The notes below the pieces were generated by a model. That model was not told the origin of the DNA. It saw only the letters and a program-made list of their open reading frames with translations, and searched no databases. DNA of 64,000 nt, from positions 983 through 64,982 of the forward strand of contig JARLIG010000009.1 of assembly GCA_031291825.1 (NCBI GenBank). Direction: 5' to 3'. This document shows positions 9,417 to 19,260 of this stretch, in pieces (position 1 is the stretch's first letter; each line of letters begins with the position of its first letter). Position numbers and translations under genes: made by a program. This stretch comes from Minisyncoccota bacterium (GTDB taxonomy: Bacteria; Patescibacteriota; Minisyncoccia; Phycocordibacterales; UBA9973).

Positions 9417-11114
9417 TTATTTCTTTATACGACCATTTTTAATATTTTCTTTCTTTTTATTCAATTCATTTATTTCTTGTAAAATTATTTTTCCTATTGT
9501 TTCATCCGAGGTTTGTTTTAATTTTAACATTTTCTTATTTAATTCCTCATTAATATGTTCTTCTTCGAGACTTAGAAACATTTCCTCTACGCTTTTTTCT
9601 AAATCCTCATTGTTTGTGTAAAATACTTCTGCTTCAAATATTAAGTCTTCTCTTATGTTTTCATATTTTTTAGCGGCCTCTCTCAACCTTTCTAAAATCT
9701 TAGAATCTTTTTTCCAAAAAGCAATTCCGATTAATTTACGCTCAATGTAATCTTTTCTATATAATTTATTGACCATATCTCCTGCTTCTTTTATCTCTTC
9801 TTTTTCATATTTTGATTCTTGCGCAATTTTTTTTAAATCATCTTCTAGAGCCACTTGTGGAATTCCAGACATATCACTAATCTTTTTTAAGAAATAAGTT
9901 TTCTCAATTGAACTTTCCAAAGCATCAACAAATGGTAATATTTTTTCCTTTATTTCTCTACCTGCCTTGCGTCCATCGTTAGAGGTTTCTAAGACTTTAT
10001 TCAACAGAAATTCTATGATGTGTTTAGACTCCTTGATTGCTTGTTTCCATGCTTCCGCGCTACTTTTAGAAATTAAATCTGCTGGGTCAACTCCTTCGGG
10101 CATTTTGACGACCTTCACATCCATACCCAAAGACAGGGCTATTTTCCCCGCGCGAATCGTCGCATTAGAGCCGGCCTTGTCCGCGTCAAAAGCTAAAACG
10201 ATATTTGTAGACAAACGACGAATTAAACCTAAATTAGAAACGACATTTTCTTTTGATACGGTTGAATCAGATAAGGCTGTGCCAGAAGTCGCGACCGTAT
10301 TTCGATAACCAGCTTGGTGAGACAGAATCAAATCCATTTGACCTTCAACTAAAATGGAAAAATTATTTTTACGGATAGAATCTTTTGCTTTGTCTATACC
10401 GTAAAGCACCGCATTCTTGCTGAAAATTGGAGTCTCTGGACTATTTAGATACTTGGCAGACTTTCCGTCGTCTACAAAAATTCTTCCAGAAAAAGCAATC
10501 ACTCTGCCACTCGAGTCACTAATCGGAAACATGACCCGTCCACGAAATCTGTCATACATTCCTTTTTCCGCTTTTTTAGCGAGACCAGCCTGCTCTATCT
10601 CTTTGTCAGAAAACCCTTTGTTTTTAAGGTTAGAATAGAGCAAGCGCCAGTCTACGGGTACAAAACCAACTCTGAAATCAGAAATACTTTTTTCGTTTAA
10701 ACCACGAGCTTTAAGATATTTTAGAACCTCTGTATTCCCTTCTAGGTTTTTTTCAAAAAACAAAGTGGCTTCTTCCATCACCTCATATAATTTTTCTTTT
10801 TCACTCTTATTCTCTTTGTCTTTGGGATTGAAATTTTCAAGCTGCACTCCAGCTCGGTCTGCCAACAGTTTCAGCGCGCCCTTAAAATCCAATCCTTCAA
10901 ATTCTTCCACGAAAGTAAAAATATCTCCTCCCGCTCCACAGCCAAAACAATAATAAGTTCCCCGATCTGGCGAAATGAAAAAGCTAGGTGTTTTTTCATT
11001 ATGAAATGGGCATCGCGCCTTGAGGTTTGTGCCTGCCCTATCCAGCTTTATATAAGACGAGACTACTTCTTCGATTGAAAGCCTCTCCTTAATTTTTTGA
11101 ACGGGAGAATTCAT
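9417..11114 (-). CDS. dnaG: DNA primase DnaG
   Basis: Zinc-ribbon CPFHNEKTPSF..YYCFGCGAGGD, a TOPRIM block (EGQMDLI), and its position upstream of rpoD. Confidence 0.9.
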   Translation of the reverse strand: MNSPVQKIKERLSIEEVVSSYIKLDRAGTNLKARCPFHNEKTPSFFISPDRGTYYCFGCGAGGDIFTFVEEFEGLDFKGALKLLADRAGVQLENFNPKDKENKSEKEKLYEVMEEATLFFEKNLEGNTEVLKYLKARGLNEKSISDFRVGFVPVDWRLLYSNLKNKGFSDKEIEQAGLAKKAEKGMYDRFRGRVMFPISDSSGRVIAFSGRIFVDDGKSAKYLNSPETPIFSKNAVLYGIDKAKDSIRKNNFSILVEGQMDLILSHQAGYRNTVATSGTALSDSTVSKENVVSNLGLIRRLSTNIVLAFDADKAGSNATIRAGKIALSLGMDVKVVKMPEGVDPADLISKSSAEAWKQAIKESKHIIEFLLNKVLETSNDGRKAGREIKEKILPFVDALESSIEKTYFLKKISDMSGIPQVALEDDLKKIAQESKYEKEEIKEAGDMVNKLYRKDYIERKLIGIAFWKKDSKILERLREAAKKYENIREDLIFEAEVFYTNNEDLEKSVEEMFLSLEEEHINEELNKKMLKLKQTSDETIGKIILQEINELNKKKENIKNGRIKK

Positions 11115-11161
11115 TGTTATTTTTAAAATTTAAAAGTTTTACGGATTAGTTGTTCTAAAAA

Positions 11162-11746
11162 TTATTTAAGATTCAAAGTAGAGATAATAGCTTCGTCAAT
11201 GGCTTTGGTGGCTGAAGAACTATAACCAAGTTGCATGTCCCACTCTGTAGCTGGACTTCCCAAATCCCCATCGTTCAAAGAAGCTTGTTCTGGAGCAAGA
11301 TCGCAATAATATATTTCAATATTTCCAGTAGTATCAAGTCTCGTCAATGTTTTGCCTGAAATCATAAATGAACTTTTTACTTCGTTAGCACCATAATTCT
11401 TGCCACATTGCTCGTGCACGCTTCCATATTCCACAAAAGCTGAGGATGTTGTAGATCCGCCCGGTGCAGCCATGAAATCCACCAAGATAGGAGCGCCTTT
11501 AATTTCTTCCCAATCGCTTGGATATTTAAAAACACCGTTCCATGTTTTCCATGAAGAGGTATCTATAACTGAAGGAGAAGTTGTCGTATTTGTTTGAGCA
11601 ACCGCTGGCGTCTGCGTCACTGGTTGCGCAACAGACACAGGAGCTTGAACTTTTTTGGACCACAAAAAATATCCGCCAACAGCAACGAGAACAACTAGTA
11701 CTCCAACCAAAACTAAACTCGCAAAACCTTTTTGATTATTCTTCAT
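11162..11746 (-). CDS. Hypothetical exported protein (N-terminal signal anchor)
   Basis: N-terminal TM/signal (ASLVLVGVLVVLVAVGGYFLW), no known motif. Confidence 0.4.
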   Translation of the reverse strand: MKNNQKGFASLVLVGVLVVLVAVGGYFLWSKKVQAPVSVAQPVTQTPAVAQTNTTTSPSVIDTSSWKTWNGVFKYPSDWEEIKGAPILVDFMAAPGGSTTSSAFVEYGSVHEQCGKNYGANEVKSSFMISGKTLTRLDTTGNIEIYYCDLAPEQASLNDGDLGSPATEWDMQLGYSSSATKAIDEAIISTLNLK

Positions 11747-11797
11747 ATTATTTTGACTAAATTAATTAATAATAATCCTATAAATTTATTGTTTTGC

Positions 11798-11826
11798 TTG
11801 ACATTGATCTTGCGTAAGATTATACT
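11798..11826 (+). promoter_or_regulatory. Near-consensus sigma-70 promoter (TTGACA-17 bp-TATACT) on the plus strand
   Basis: ttgaca at 11798-11803, a 17-nt spacer, tatact at 11821-11826. It points toward the hairpin/terminator at 11853-11885. Confidence 0.4.
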
Positions 11827-11852
11827 TATTCGGTAAATGGCTTCGGCCTCCG

Positions 11853-11885
11853 AGAAACCCCCGCAAGGGGGTTTCGTCTTTTATG
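11853..11885. terminator. Bidirectional intrinsic-terminator-like hairpin (gaaaccccc-GCAA-gggggtttc) with flanking A/T tracts, downstream of the MazF-like gene
   Basis: Perfect 9-bp stem with a GNRA-type loop and U-tracts on both strands. It is preceded by a ggc-ttcg-gcc mini-hairpin. Confidence 0.5.
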
Positions 11886-12267
11886 GCAAGATATTGTGAA
11901 TTTTCTTAATCATTACACTAAAATCACCTTCTTTTATCATACCAATTTTTCTGGAGAGCCTTTTACTATCCAAAAGTCTTATTTGCGATAAAATACCAGC
12001 ATAAGTTTTTCCACTAAGTTCATATTGGTGATAATAATCATTATCTTTTTTTGAACTAGTTAACGGGATTGCTAAAAATATGTTGTTGTTAAATTTTCTA
12101 ATAACTAGAATAGGTCTTTCAAAGAGTTCATTTTTTCCATCTTCTTCATAGCCAATATTTTTACCTAGTGAGCAAAACCATATTTCTCTTTCATGAAAAA
12201 AGATGCCTGATTTCTTGGTTGATAAATCTTTCTTTAATTTATTCCAATCATCATATTCTTTTTCCAT
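11881..12267 (-). CDS. MazF/PemK/NdoA-family endoribonuclease toxin homologue (CcdB/MazF fold); no antitoxin gene is visible
   Basis: REIWFCSLGKNIGYEEDG...RPILVIRKFNNN..LAIPLTSS...QIRLLDSKRLSRKIGMI aligns with the PemK (GEIW..L.P..G.E..G.RPvLIV....N....V.PvTS) and NdoA (QIRTIDKQRLTDKI) signatures. It sits 6 nt after the rpoC stop. Confidence 0.7.
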   Translation of the reverse strand: MEKEYDDWNKLKKDLSTKKSGIFFHEREIWFCSLGKNIGYEEDGKNELFERPILVIRKFNNNIFLAIPLTSSKKDNDYYHQYELSGKTYAGILSQIRLLDSKRLSRKIGMIKEGDFSVMIKKIHNILP

Positions 12268-12273
12268 AAATTT

Positions 12274-15200
12274 TTATTCTTCGACTGTTTCGTCAGCGAC
12301 AAGATTCTTTTTAAAACCAGTTCCAACTGGAATCAATCGTCCAATAATGACATTTTCTTTTAGACCTCGGAGACTGTCTACGCCGCCTTTGATAGCATTT
12401 TCAATCAAGACGCGGTTGGTGTTTTGGAATGAGGCAGCTGACAACCAACTCTTGGTGCGAAGAGAAACTTCTGTAATACCAAGCACTACGGTTTCTGCTT
12501 TAGCCGTTTTGCCTTCAATCTTTTCAACTCTCATGTTTTCTTCGATGAAAGCTGTATTTTCCACAATATCACCAGTTGAGAAGTTAGTTTCTCCAGCTTC
12601 TTTAATCTTGCGGCGAGAAAACATTTGGCGAATAATAATTTCTGTATGTTTTCTAGAGATTGAAGCGCTTTGTAATTCATAAACTTTATTTATTTCGTTG
12701 ATGATGTATTCTTCAACTATTTCTTTACTGCCTAATCTGAAGAGTTCTGCAATATCAGCTGAACCGTCAGTCAAAAGCTGGCCTTTTTTAACTTGGTCCC
12801 CCGCTTTAACGATTGGTGTTCGGCGGAAAGCGACAATATATTCCATTTCGTTCTTCTTGCCATCTTCTTTGCTGTCGGATAAGACTTTAATGATTTTTTC
12901 TTTTGCATCTTTAGCAGTAATCGAAATTACTTCACCATCGGTCTCGGAAATAATTGCTGGGTTTTTCGGAATGCGTCTTTCAAAAATTTCTTCGACACGA
13001 GGCAAACCGGTCGTGATATCTGTTCCTGCGACACCTCCAGAGTGGAAAGTACGAAGTGTGAGCTGTGTTCCTGGCTCACCGATAGCTTGCGCTGCGATGA
13101 TACCAACAGCCTCACCTTCTGCTACCAAACGATTTCTTCCCAAGTCTAGACCGTAACATTGGACACAAAGACCATGAACAGTTTTACAAGTAAGTGGAGA
13201 ACGGACAAACACTTCAGTAAATCCAGCTCCCTCAATGTTGTAAGCTTCTTCTTTGGTAACCAAGAATCCTTTTTTGTAAACCACCTTTCCATCTTTGTCT
13301 TTCAAATCAGCAGCCAAGACACGTCCACGAATATTTTTAGAAAGTGGAATTTCAATTCCAGAAATATTTTCTTTACTAACCATCTTACCTTCTTTTGTTC
13401 CACAATCTTCTTCGGTAATCACAACGTCTTGCGCCACATCCACTAGACGGCGGGTCAAATATCCAGCCTTTGCGGTATTGAGAGCCGTATCCGATGCACC
13501 CTTACGAGCACCGTGGGTAATGGTGAAATATTCAATCGGAGACAATCCTTCGTAGTAAGAAGGGATGATTGGGAATTCCAAAATTTTACCTTGGTTGTTT
13601 TGAATCAAACCGATCATTCCAACAAGCTGAGTAAGTGAACCCATGTTTCCTCTAGCCTTCGAAGTGAATAAGTCATAAGCAGAACCATTTTTATCAAGAG
13701 TAGCTGGTAAAACTTTTTCCAAATTTTTCTTGGTTTGAGTCCAAACCTCAATAATCTTTTGATACTTTTCTTCTTCAGATAACAAACCATCATTCCATTG
13801 AGAAAGAATTTCTTCTTCGAGCTTTTTTCCTTCCGCAATTATTCTAGGCTTTTCAGGAGAAAGAGAAATGTTGTCGAGCCCCCAAGTAGTACCAGACACT
13901 GTTGAGTACTTAAAACCGAAAGCTTTAATCTTATCCAAGATAGCTGGAGTATTATCCACGCCACATTGAATAATAAATTCGTCGAGAAGCGCGGAGAGTC
14001 GGTCATGGGTCATTTCATCGTTGATGTAAGAAAATTCATTAGGTAAAATACTATTGAAGAGCAGACGTCCGACGGAAGTTTCAAAAATTCCTTCGTTGAA
14101 TTTTCGATACTTATGCGTATCAGTAGCCAAAACTTTTATTTTCGCACGCAAGGAAACTACTCCGTAATCATACGCAGTGACAGCAGTATTTGGACTAGAG
14201 AAATATTTACCTTCACCTAGCTCCCCATTTACTCCTTTAGTCATCCAGTAACTTCCAAGCACCATATCCATACGAGGATTCACGATTGGGTCACCATTTT
14301 GTGGCTTCAATAAATTTTTATTTGCCGCCATTAATTCTTTTGCTTCCCATTGAGCTTCTTCAAGCAAAGGAACATAAACAGCCATCTGGTCTCCATCGAA
14401 GTCAGCGTTGAAAGCCTGACAAACAAGTGGATGCACTTGAATAGCATTGCCTTCAATCAAAATAGGGTTAAAGGCTTGGATACCCAGACGGTGCAAAGTA
14501 GGAGCACGGTTCAACAATACATACTTTCCTTTAATAACTTCTTCAAGCATCGCCCAAACTTCACTAGTGCGTTCTTCGATGAGCTTGTTCGCGCCACGAA
14601 TATTGAATGCAAGTTCCGCTTGTAAAATTTTGGAAATAACGAATGGTCGGAAAAGCTCCAATGCCATATGTTTTGGTAATCCACATTGGTTTAAGTTTAA
14701 TTGTGGACCGACAACGATAACCGAGCGACCAGAATAGTCCACACGTTTACCAAGTAAGTTTTGTCGAAACAAACCTTGCTTTGATTTCAAATTGTCGGAA
14801 AGAGATTTTAGAGGACGTTTTTGAGACTGACTCATTGCAGCAGAATCGTTTTGCTTGGCGATAGAGTTGTCAATCAAGGCATCGACTGCTTCTTGAATAA
14901 TTCTTTTTTCATTACGCAAAATAACATCCGGAGCATTGATTTCTTTCAATTTTTTCAGACGATTATTTCTGTTTATCACGCGACGGTAAAGGTCGTTCAA
15001 GTCGGAAGTTGCATGACGTCCACCATCAAGCGCCACCATCGGACGAAGCACTGGAGGAATAACTGGAATAACGGTCAAGAACATCCATTCTGGGCGAATC
15101 TGCGCATAATTCATTGCGCGAATCAAAGAAAGTCTTTTTTGTAATTTCTCTTTTTCCGCCATACTTGCCTTCTCTAGCATCTTCTCAGTCAGAGTTTTCA

Positions 15201-15888
15201 ACTTATTCAAATCCAAATTTTTAAAAATAGAATAAATCGCTTCTGCACCGATATTTGCTTCAAAACAAGTTCCATACTTTAGAGAATAATGATGGAAAGA
15301 AATTTCATTTAAAACTTTTCCTTCGTAAATTTCTCCAATTTCTTTTTTCGTAATAGAAAGCAGACTCTTTAGCTTCTCACGCGTTTCATCGTCCGCAGAA
15401 TTTTTTAATTTAGTTTTGTATTCTTTATCTAACCCAGAGAGAATAGTTTCTTTTTCTTCCTCAAAGACTTTGGTGATGATGTATCCAGCGAAATAAATAA
15501 CCTTTTCCAAATCGGAAACGGAAATATTGAGCAATATACTCATACGAGAAGGCACACCACGCAAAAACCAAATATGCGATACTGGTGTAGATAGTTCGAT
15601 GTGTCCCATACGTTCACGGCGAACAATCGAGCGAGTGACTTCCACTCCACATTTTTCACAGATAATATCCTTATAACGAATTCGGCGGTACTTTCCACAG
15701 TAACATTCATAGTCCTTTTCTGGACCGAATATTTTCTCGTCGAACAATCCCCCACGTTCAGATCTGCCAGTTCGATAATTGATAGTTTCTGGTTTAGTAA
15801 CTTCTCCATAAGACCATTCCTTGATTTGCTCTGGAGATGCAAGTCTTAGCGCAATGCGATCAAATTCAGTTGTGTTTAATGTTTTCAT
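12274..15888 (-). CDS. rpoC: DNA-directed RNA polymerase subunit beta' RpoC
   Basis: NADFDGDQMAV catalytic motif, zinc-binding CxxC clusters, 1204 aa. Confidence 0.97.
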   Translation of the reverse strand: MKTLNTTEFDRIALRLASPEQIKEWSYGEVTKPETINYRTGRSERGGLFDEKIFGPEKDYECYCGKYRRIRYKDIICEKCGVEVTRSIVRRERMGHIELSTPVSHIWFLRGVPSRMSILLNISVSDLEKVIYFAGYIITKVFEEEKETILSGLDKEYKTKLKNSADDETREKLKSLLSITKKEIGEIYEGKVLNEISFHHYSLKYGTCFEANIGAEAIYSIFKNLDLNKLKTLTEKMLEKASMAEKEKLQKRLSLIRAMNYAQIRPEWMFLTVIPVIPPVLRPMVALDGGRHATSDLNDLYRRVINRNNRLKKLKEINAPDVILRNEKRIIQEAVDALIDNSIAKQNDSAAMSQSQKRPLKSLSDNLKSKQGLFRQNLLGKRVDYSGRSVIVVGPQLNLNQCGLPKHMALELFRPFVISKILQAELAFNIRGANKLIEERTSEVWAMLEEVIKGKYVLLNRAPTLHRLGIQAFNPILIEGNAIQVHPLVCQAFNADFDGDQMAVYVPLLEEAQWEAKELMAANKNLLKPQNGDPIVNPRMDMVLGSYWMTKGVNGELGEGKYFSSPNTAVTAYDYGVVSLRAKIKVLATDTHKYRKFNEGIFETSVGRLLFNSILPNEFSYINDEMTHDRLSALLDEFIIQCGVDNTPAILDKIKAFGFKYSTVSGTTWGLDNISLSPEKPRIIAEGKKLEEEILSQWNDGLLSEEEKYQKIIEVWTQTKKNLEKVLPATLDKNGSAYDLFTSKARGNMGSLTQLVGMIGLIQNNQGKILEFPIIPSYYEGLSPIEYFTITHGARKGASDTALNTAKAGYLTRRLVDVAQDVVITEEDCGTKEGKMVSKENISGIEIPLSKNIRGRVLAADLKDKDGKVVYKKGFLVTKEEAYNIEGAGFTEVFVRSPLTCKTVHGLCVQCYGLDLGRNRLVAEGEAVGIIAAQAIGEPGTQLTLRTFHSGGVAGTDITTGLPRVEEIFERRIPKNPAIISETDGEVISITAKDAKEKIIKVLSDSKEDGKKNEMEYIVAFRRTPIVKAGDQVKKGQLLTDGSADIAELFRLGSKEIVEEYIINEINKVYELQSASISRKHTEIIIRQMFSRRKIKEAGETNFSTGDIVENTAFIEENMRVEKIEGKTAKAETVVLGITEVSLRTKSWLSAASFQNTNRVLIENAIKGGVDSLRGLKENVIIGRLIPVGTGFKKNLVADETVEE

Positions 15889-15906
15889 ATGTTTTTGATT
15901 TATTTA

Positions 15907-18900
15907 TTACTTGTCTCCAGTTTTCTTTAAGTCGACATCAAGCGCCAAACCTCTTAGATAATTTAACAAGACGTTAAATGATGCAGGAGCGTTCGGAGCG
16001 CGAATGACTTCGTTCTTGATAATAGAATCAAAGGTTGCAGATCGACCAAGAATATCGTCAGATTTAATTGTTAACATTTCGCGGAGTGTATAAGCTGCGC
16101 CATAACCTTCGAGTGCCCAGACTTCCATTTCTCCAAATCTCTGTCCACCGCCTTGAGCTTTTCCGCCGAGCGGTTGCTGAGTTATAAGTGAGTAAGGACC
16201 TATTGAACGCATGTGAATCTTGTCTTCTACCATGTGATGCAATTTGAGCATATACATATAACCGACAGCTATGTCTTGTTGAAATGGCTCCCCGGTGCGT
16301 CCATCAAAAAGTTTTAGTTTTCCATTTTCTGGCAATCCAGCTTTTTTTAATTCTTCTCTAATTTCATCATGCTTGGCTCCTAAGAATGGAGGGACGATAG
16401 CTTGATAACCAAGAGAATTTGCGGCCATACCTAAATGCAATTCCAAAATCTGTCCCAAGTTCATACGAGAAGGAACACCGAGCGGTGAAAGAATAATATC
16501 AACTGGCGTACCATCTGCAGTGTAAGGCATATCTTCTTCTGGAAGAATCATCGAGATAACTCCTTTGTTTCCGTGTCGACCGGAAAGTTTATCGCCAACA
16601 GAAATATTTCTAATTTGCGCGACTTCAATCACAATTTTTTTGATAATCCCCGCTTCAAGCGCATGACCCAAGTCTCGAGAGAAAATCTTTACACCGATAA
16701 TACGTCCACGTTTGCCGTGTTCCATACGAAGAGACGTATCTTTTACATCACGAGCTTTTTCCGCGAAGATAGAGCGAAGGAGTCTTTCTTCTGGAGTTAA
16801 TTCTGTTTCGCCTTTTGGTGTAATTTTACCAACCAAAATATCATTTTCTCGAACTTCTGCTCCAATACGAACGACTCCATCTTCATCCAAATCTTTTAAT
16901 TTAAGTTCACCGACGTTTGGAATATCGCGAGTCGTAATTTCGGGACCAAGCTTGGTATCACGAACTATACAAGTAAATTCTTCCACATAAACAGACGTGA
17001 ATTTACTCTTTTTGACTAAACGTTCAGAAATAATAATCGCGTCTTCGTAAGTGGAACCATTCCAAGACAAGAAGGCCACAAAAATATTTTGTCCGATTGA
17101 AATTTGTCCGTTGACAGTACTGGAAGTATCTGCCAAGACTTCACCTTTCTTTACTTTATCACCAACATTCACGAGTGGACGCTGGTGGAAAACAGCAAAG
17201 TTGTTATTTCTCAAGAAATTAACCAAGGTATATGTATGTTCATTTTTTCCTTTAACAATTATTTTCTTTGCATCTACATAAGAGACCACTCCTTCTTCCA
17301 AAGAAAGAATTAGTCTGCCTCCATCTCTAGCTGCTGATTCTTCAATTCCGGTTGCGACCAATGGCATTTCGGGAATAATACAAGGTACTGCCTGCTTCTG
17401 CATGTTACTGCCCATGAGCGCACGGTTTGCGTTGTTGTGTTCCAAGAAAGGAATCATCGAAGTAGCCACAGAAAAAGCTTGGTTTGGAGCGACGTCAATA
17501 AAATCAACTTGGTTTTTGGAAACTCGTCCAGGCTCTGTTTTGATGCGAGCTTCTACCTTATCTTCGGTAATATTTCCATCTTCATCGTAAGGAATACCAG
17601 CATGAGCGATGTTGTACTTTTCTTCTTCAAGCGCATTTAAATAAACTATCTCGCCAGTAATTTTTCCATTTTTAACTTTTGCATAAGGAGTTTCAATAAT
17701 TCCAAAATCATTTATCTTGGCGTAAGTGGAAAGGTGTAAAATGAGTCCAATGTTTGGACCTTCTGGAGTATGAATCGGACAAACTCGGCCGTAGTGCGAA
17801 GGATGCACATCTCGCACTTCCAATCCGGCTCTTTCGCGAGTGAGCCCCCCAGGACCAAGTGCAGAAAGCAAACGAATGTGTTCGGTTTCCGCCAACACAT
17901 TTTCTTGGTTCATGAATTGCGAAAGTTGGTTGGTGGTAAAAAATTCTTTGATACGAGCTTGAAGTGGTCGCTGATTGATTATTTGAATTGGCATCGCGGT
18001 ATCAACATCAATAATCGACATACGGTCTTGAATGTTTCTCTTGATTTGCATCATACCGGTGCGAATTTTTTGCTGAAGAATTTCTCCGACAAAACGCACG
18101 CGTCTTTGACCCAAGTGGTCAATATCGTCTGCCTTGGCATCAGAAGTATTATTTAAAACAATAATATGTGAGATAACAGCCACTAAATCTTCTTTAGAAA
18201 TAGTGCGGCGCGCCATCTCAGCTTCACCCATATCCTTATCAAAACGCTGATTGAATCTGAATCGTCCAACAGGAGAAAGGTCATAACGCTCAGCCGTAAA
18301 TAAGGAATTTATAAATTCTTTAGCATTATCGGCAGTCGCCATATCACCATCTCGTAGACGCTTGTAAATTTCAATATAAGCTTCATTCAAACTCTTGATT
18401 CCCTCTTTTGGAAAAGTCGCTTTAATAGTTTCTTCAGCTTTTGCATCTTTAGAAAATGCCTTCAAAATCATTTCATTCGTCTCATAACCTAAAGCGCGCA
18501 AGAGAGCCGTTGCCGGAAATTTTCGCTTCTTGTCTATACGAATATAAATTCCACCGTCTGCTTCTGATTCTATTTCAATCCAAACTCCACGAGCTGGAAT
18601 AATTTTTGCACCAAAATATTTATTGCCTTTACTTTCTGATTCTGTAAAGAAAACTCCGAAACTTCGAGCTAGCTGTGGCACAATAACTCGCTCCACTCCG
18701 TTGATAATGAAAGTTCCGTGCGTTGTCATGAGCGGAAGGTCCGACATGAAAATTTCTTGTTCTTTCACTGTCCCTAAAATTTTATTCGTCAATTTTACAC
18801 GCGCTTTTAATAAACCCTGATATGAGAGTTTGTTGATTTTAGAATTATTTTCGTCAGTTTTAGATTCACTCAAAGAAAATGAAGTGAATTCTAATTGAAA

Positions 18901-19101
18901 TTTTTTGCCAGAGTAATCGATAATCGGAGAAAATTCTTTAAAGACTTCTCCTATACCATTTTCTACCAACCATTTGAAACTTTTTACTTGAGCTTCAATT
19001 AAATTTGGAAACGGGGTAAGAGGTTTTTTATATCTGTTAAAATACTTCTTCGGACGCTTGGTTACTTCTTGCATATTGATTGAGTCCTTAGAAAACAACA
19101 A
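15907..19101 (-). CDS. rpoB: DNA-directed RNA polymerase subunit beta RpoB
   Basis: Full-length conserved beta-subunit blocks (GPNIGLI, NMQKQAVP, GEMEVWALEGYGAAY). Confidence 0.97.
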   Translation of the reverse strand: MLFSKDSINMQEVTKRPKKYFNRYKKPLTPFPNLIEAQVKSFKWLVENGIGEVFKEFSPIIDYSGKKFQLEFTSFSLSESKTDENNSKINKLSYQGLLKARVKLTNKILGTVKEQEIFMSDLPLMTTHGTFIINGVERVIVPQLARSFGVFFTESESKGNKYFGAKIIPARGVWIEIESEADGGIYIRIDKKRKFPATALLRALGYETNEMILKAFSKDAKAEETIKATFPKEGIKSLNEAYIEIYKRLRDGDMATADNAKEFINSLFTAERYDLSPVGRFRFNQRFDKDMGEAEMARRTISKEDLVAVISHIIVLNNTSDAKADDIDHLGQRRVRFVGEILQQKIRTGMMQIKRNIQDRMSIIDVDTAMPIQIINQRPLQARIKEFFTTNQLSQFMNQENVLAETEHIRLLSALGPGGLTRERAGLEVRDVHPSHYGRVCPIHTPEGPNIGLILHLSTYAKINDFGIIETPYAKVKNGKITGEIVYLNALEEEKYNIAHAGIPYDEDGNITEDKVEARIKTEPGRVSKNQVDFIDVAPNQAFSVATSMIPFLEHNNANRALMGSNMQKQAVPCIIPEMPLVATGIEESAARDGGRLILSLEEGVVSYVDAKKIIVKGKNEHTYTLVNFLRNNNFAVFHQRPLVNVGDKVKKGEVLADTSSTVNGQISIGQNIFVAFLSWNGSTYEDAIIISERLVKKSKFTSVYVEEFTCIVRDTKLGPEITTRDIPNVGELKLKDLDEDGVVRIGAEVRENDILVGKITPKGETELTPEERLLRSIFAEKARDVKDTSLRMEHGKRGRIIGVKIFSRDLGHALEAGIIKKIVIEVAQIRNISVGDKLSGRHGNKGVISMILPEEDMPYTADGTPVDIILSPLGVPSRMNLGQILELHLGMAANSLGYQAIVPPFLGAKHDEIREELKKAGLPENGKLKLFDGRTGEPFQQDIAVGYMYMLKLHHMVEDKIHMRSIGPYSLITQQPLGGKAQGGGQRFGEMEVWALEGYGAAYTLREMLTIKSDDILGRSATFDSIIKNEVIRAPNAPASFNVLLNYLRGLALDVDLKKTGDK

Positions 19102-19260
19102 AACGCGAAAGAAAAACAGACGAAAATTTGCTTTTCTTTAGCTTTTTATTAACCTTCCTCGGATAACATTAATTAATAAACTATTAATCAAACGGAGATT
19201 GCATCCGATACTCAATCAATGAATCCAGAGTACCTTACTCTTTTTTTTATTATTTGTCAA

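Noticed and set aside
12203-19000. Numerous 60-150-aa ORFs on the plus strand within rpoB, rpoC, gyrB, pheT, ligA and others
   Set aside because: They are antisense to long, well-supported conserved genes, have low-complexity Ser/Phe-rich translations and are typical AT-rich antisense artefacts.
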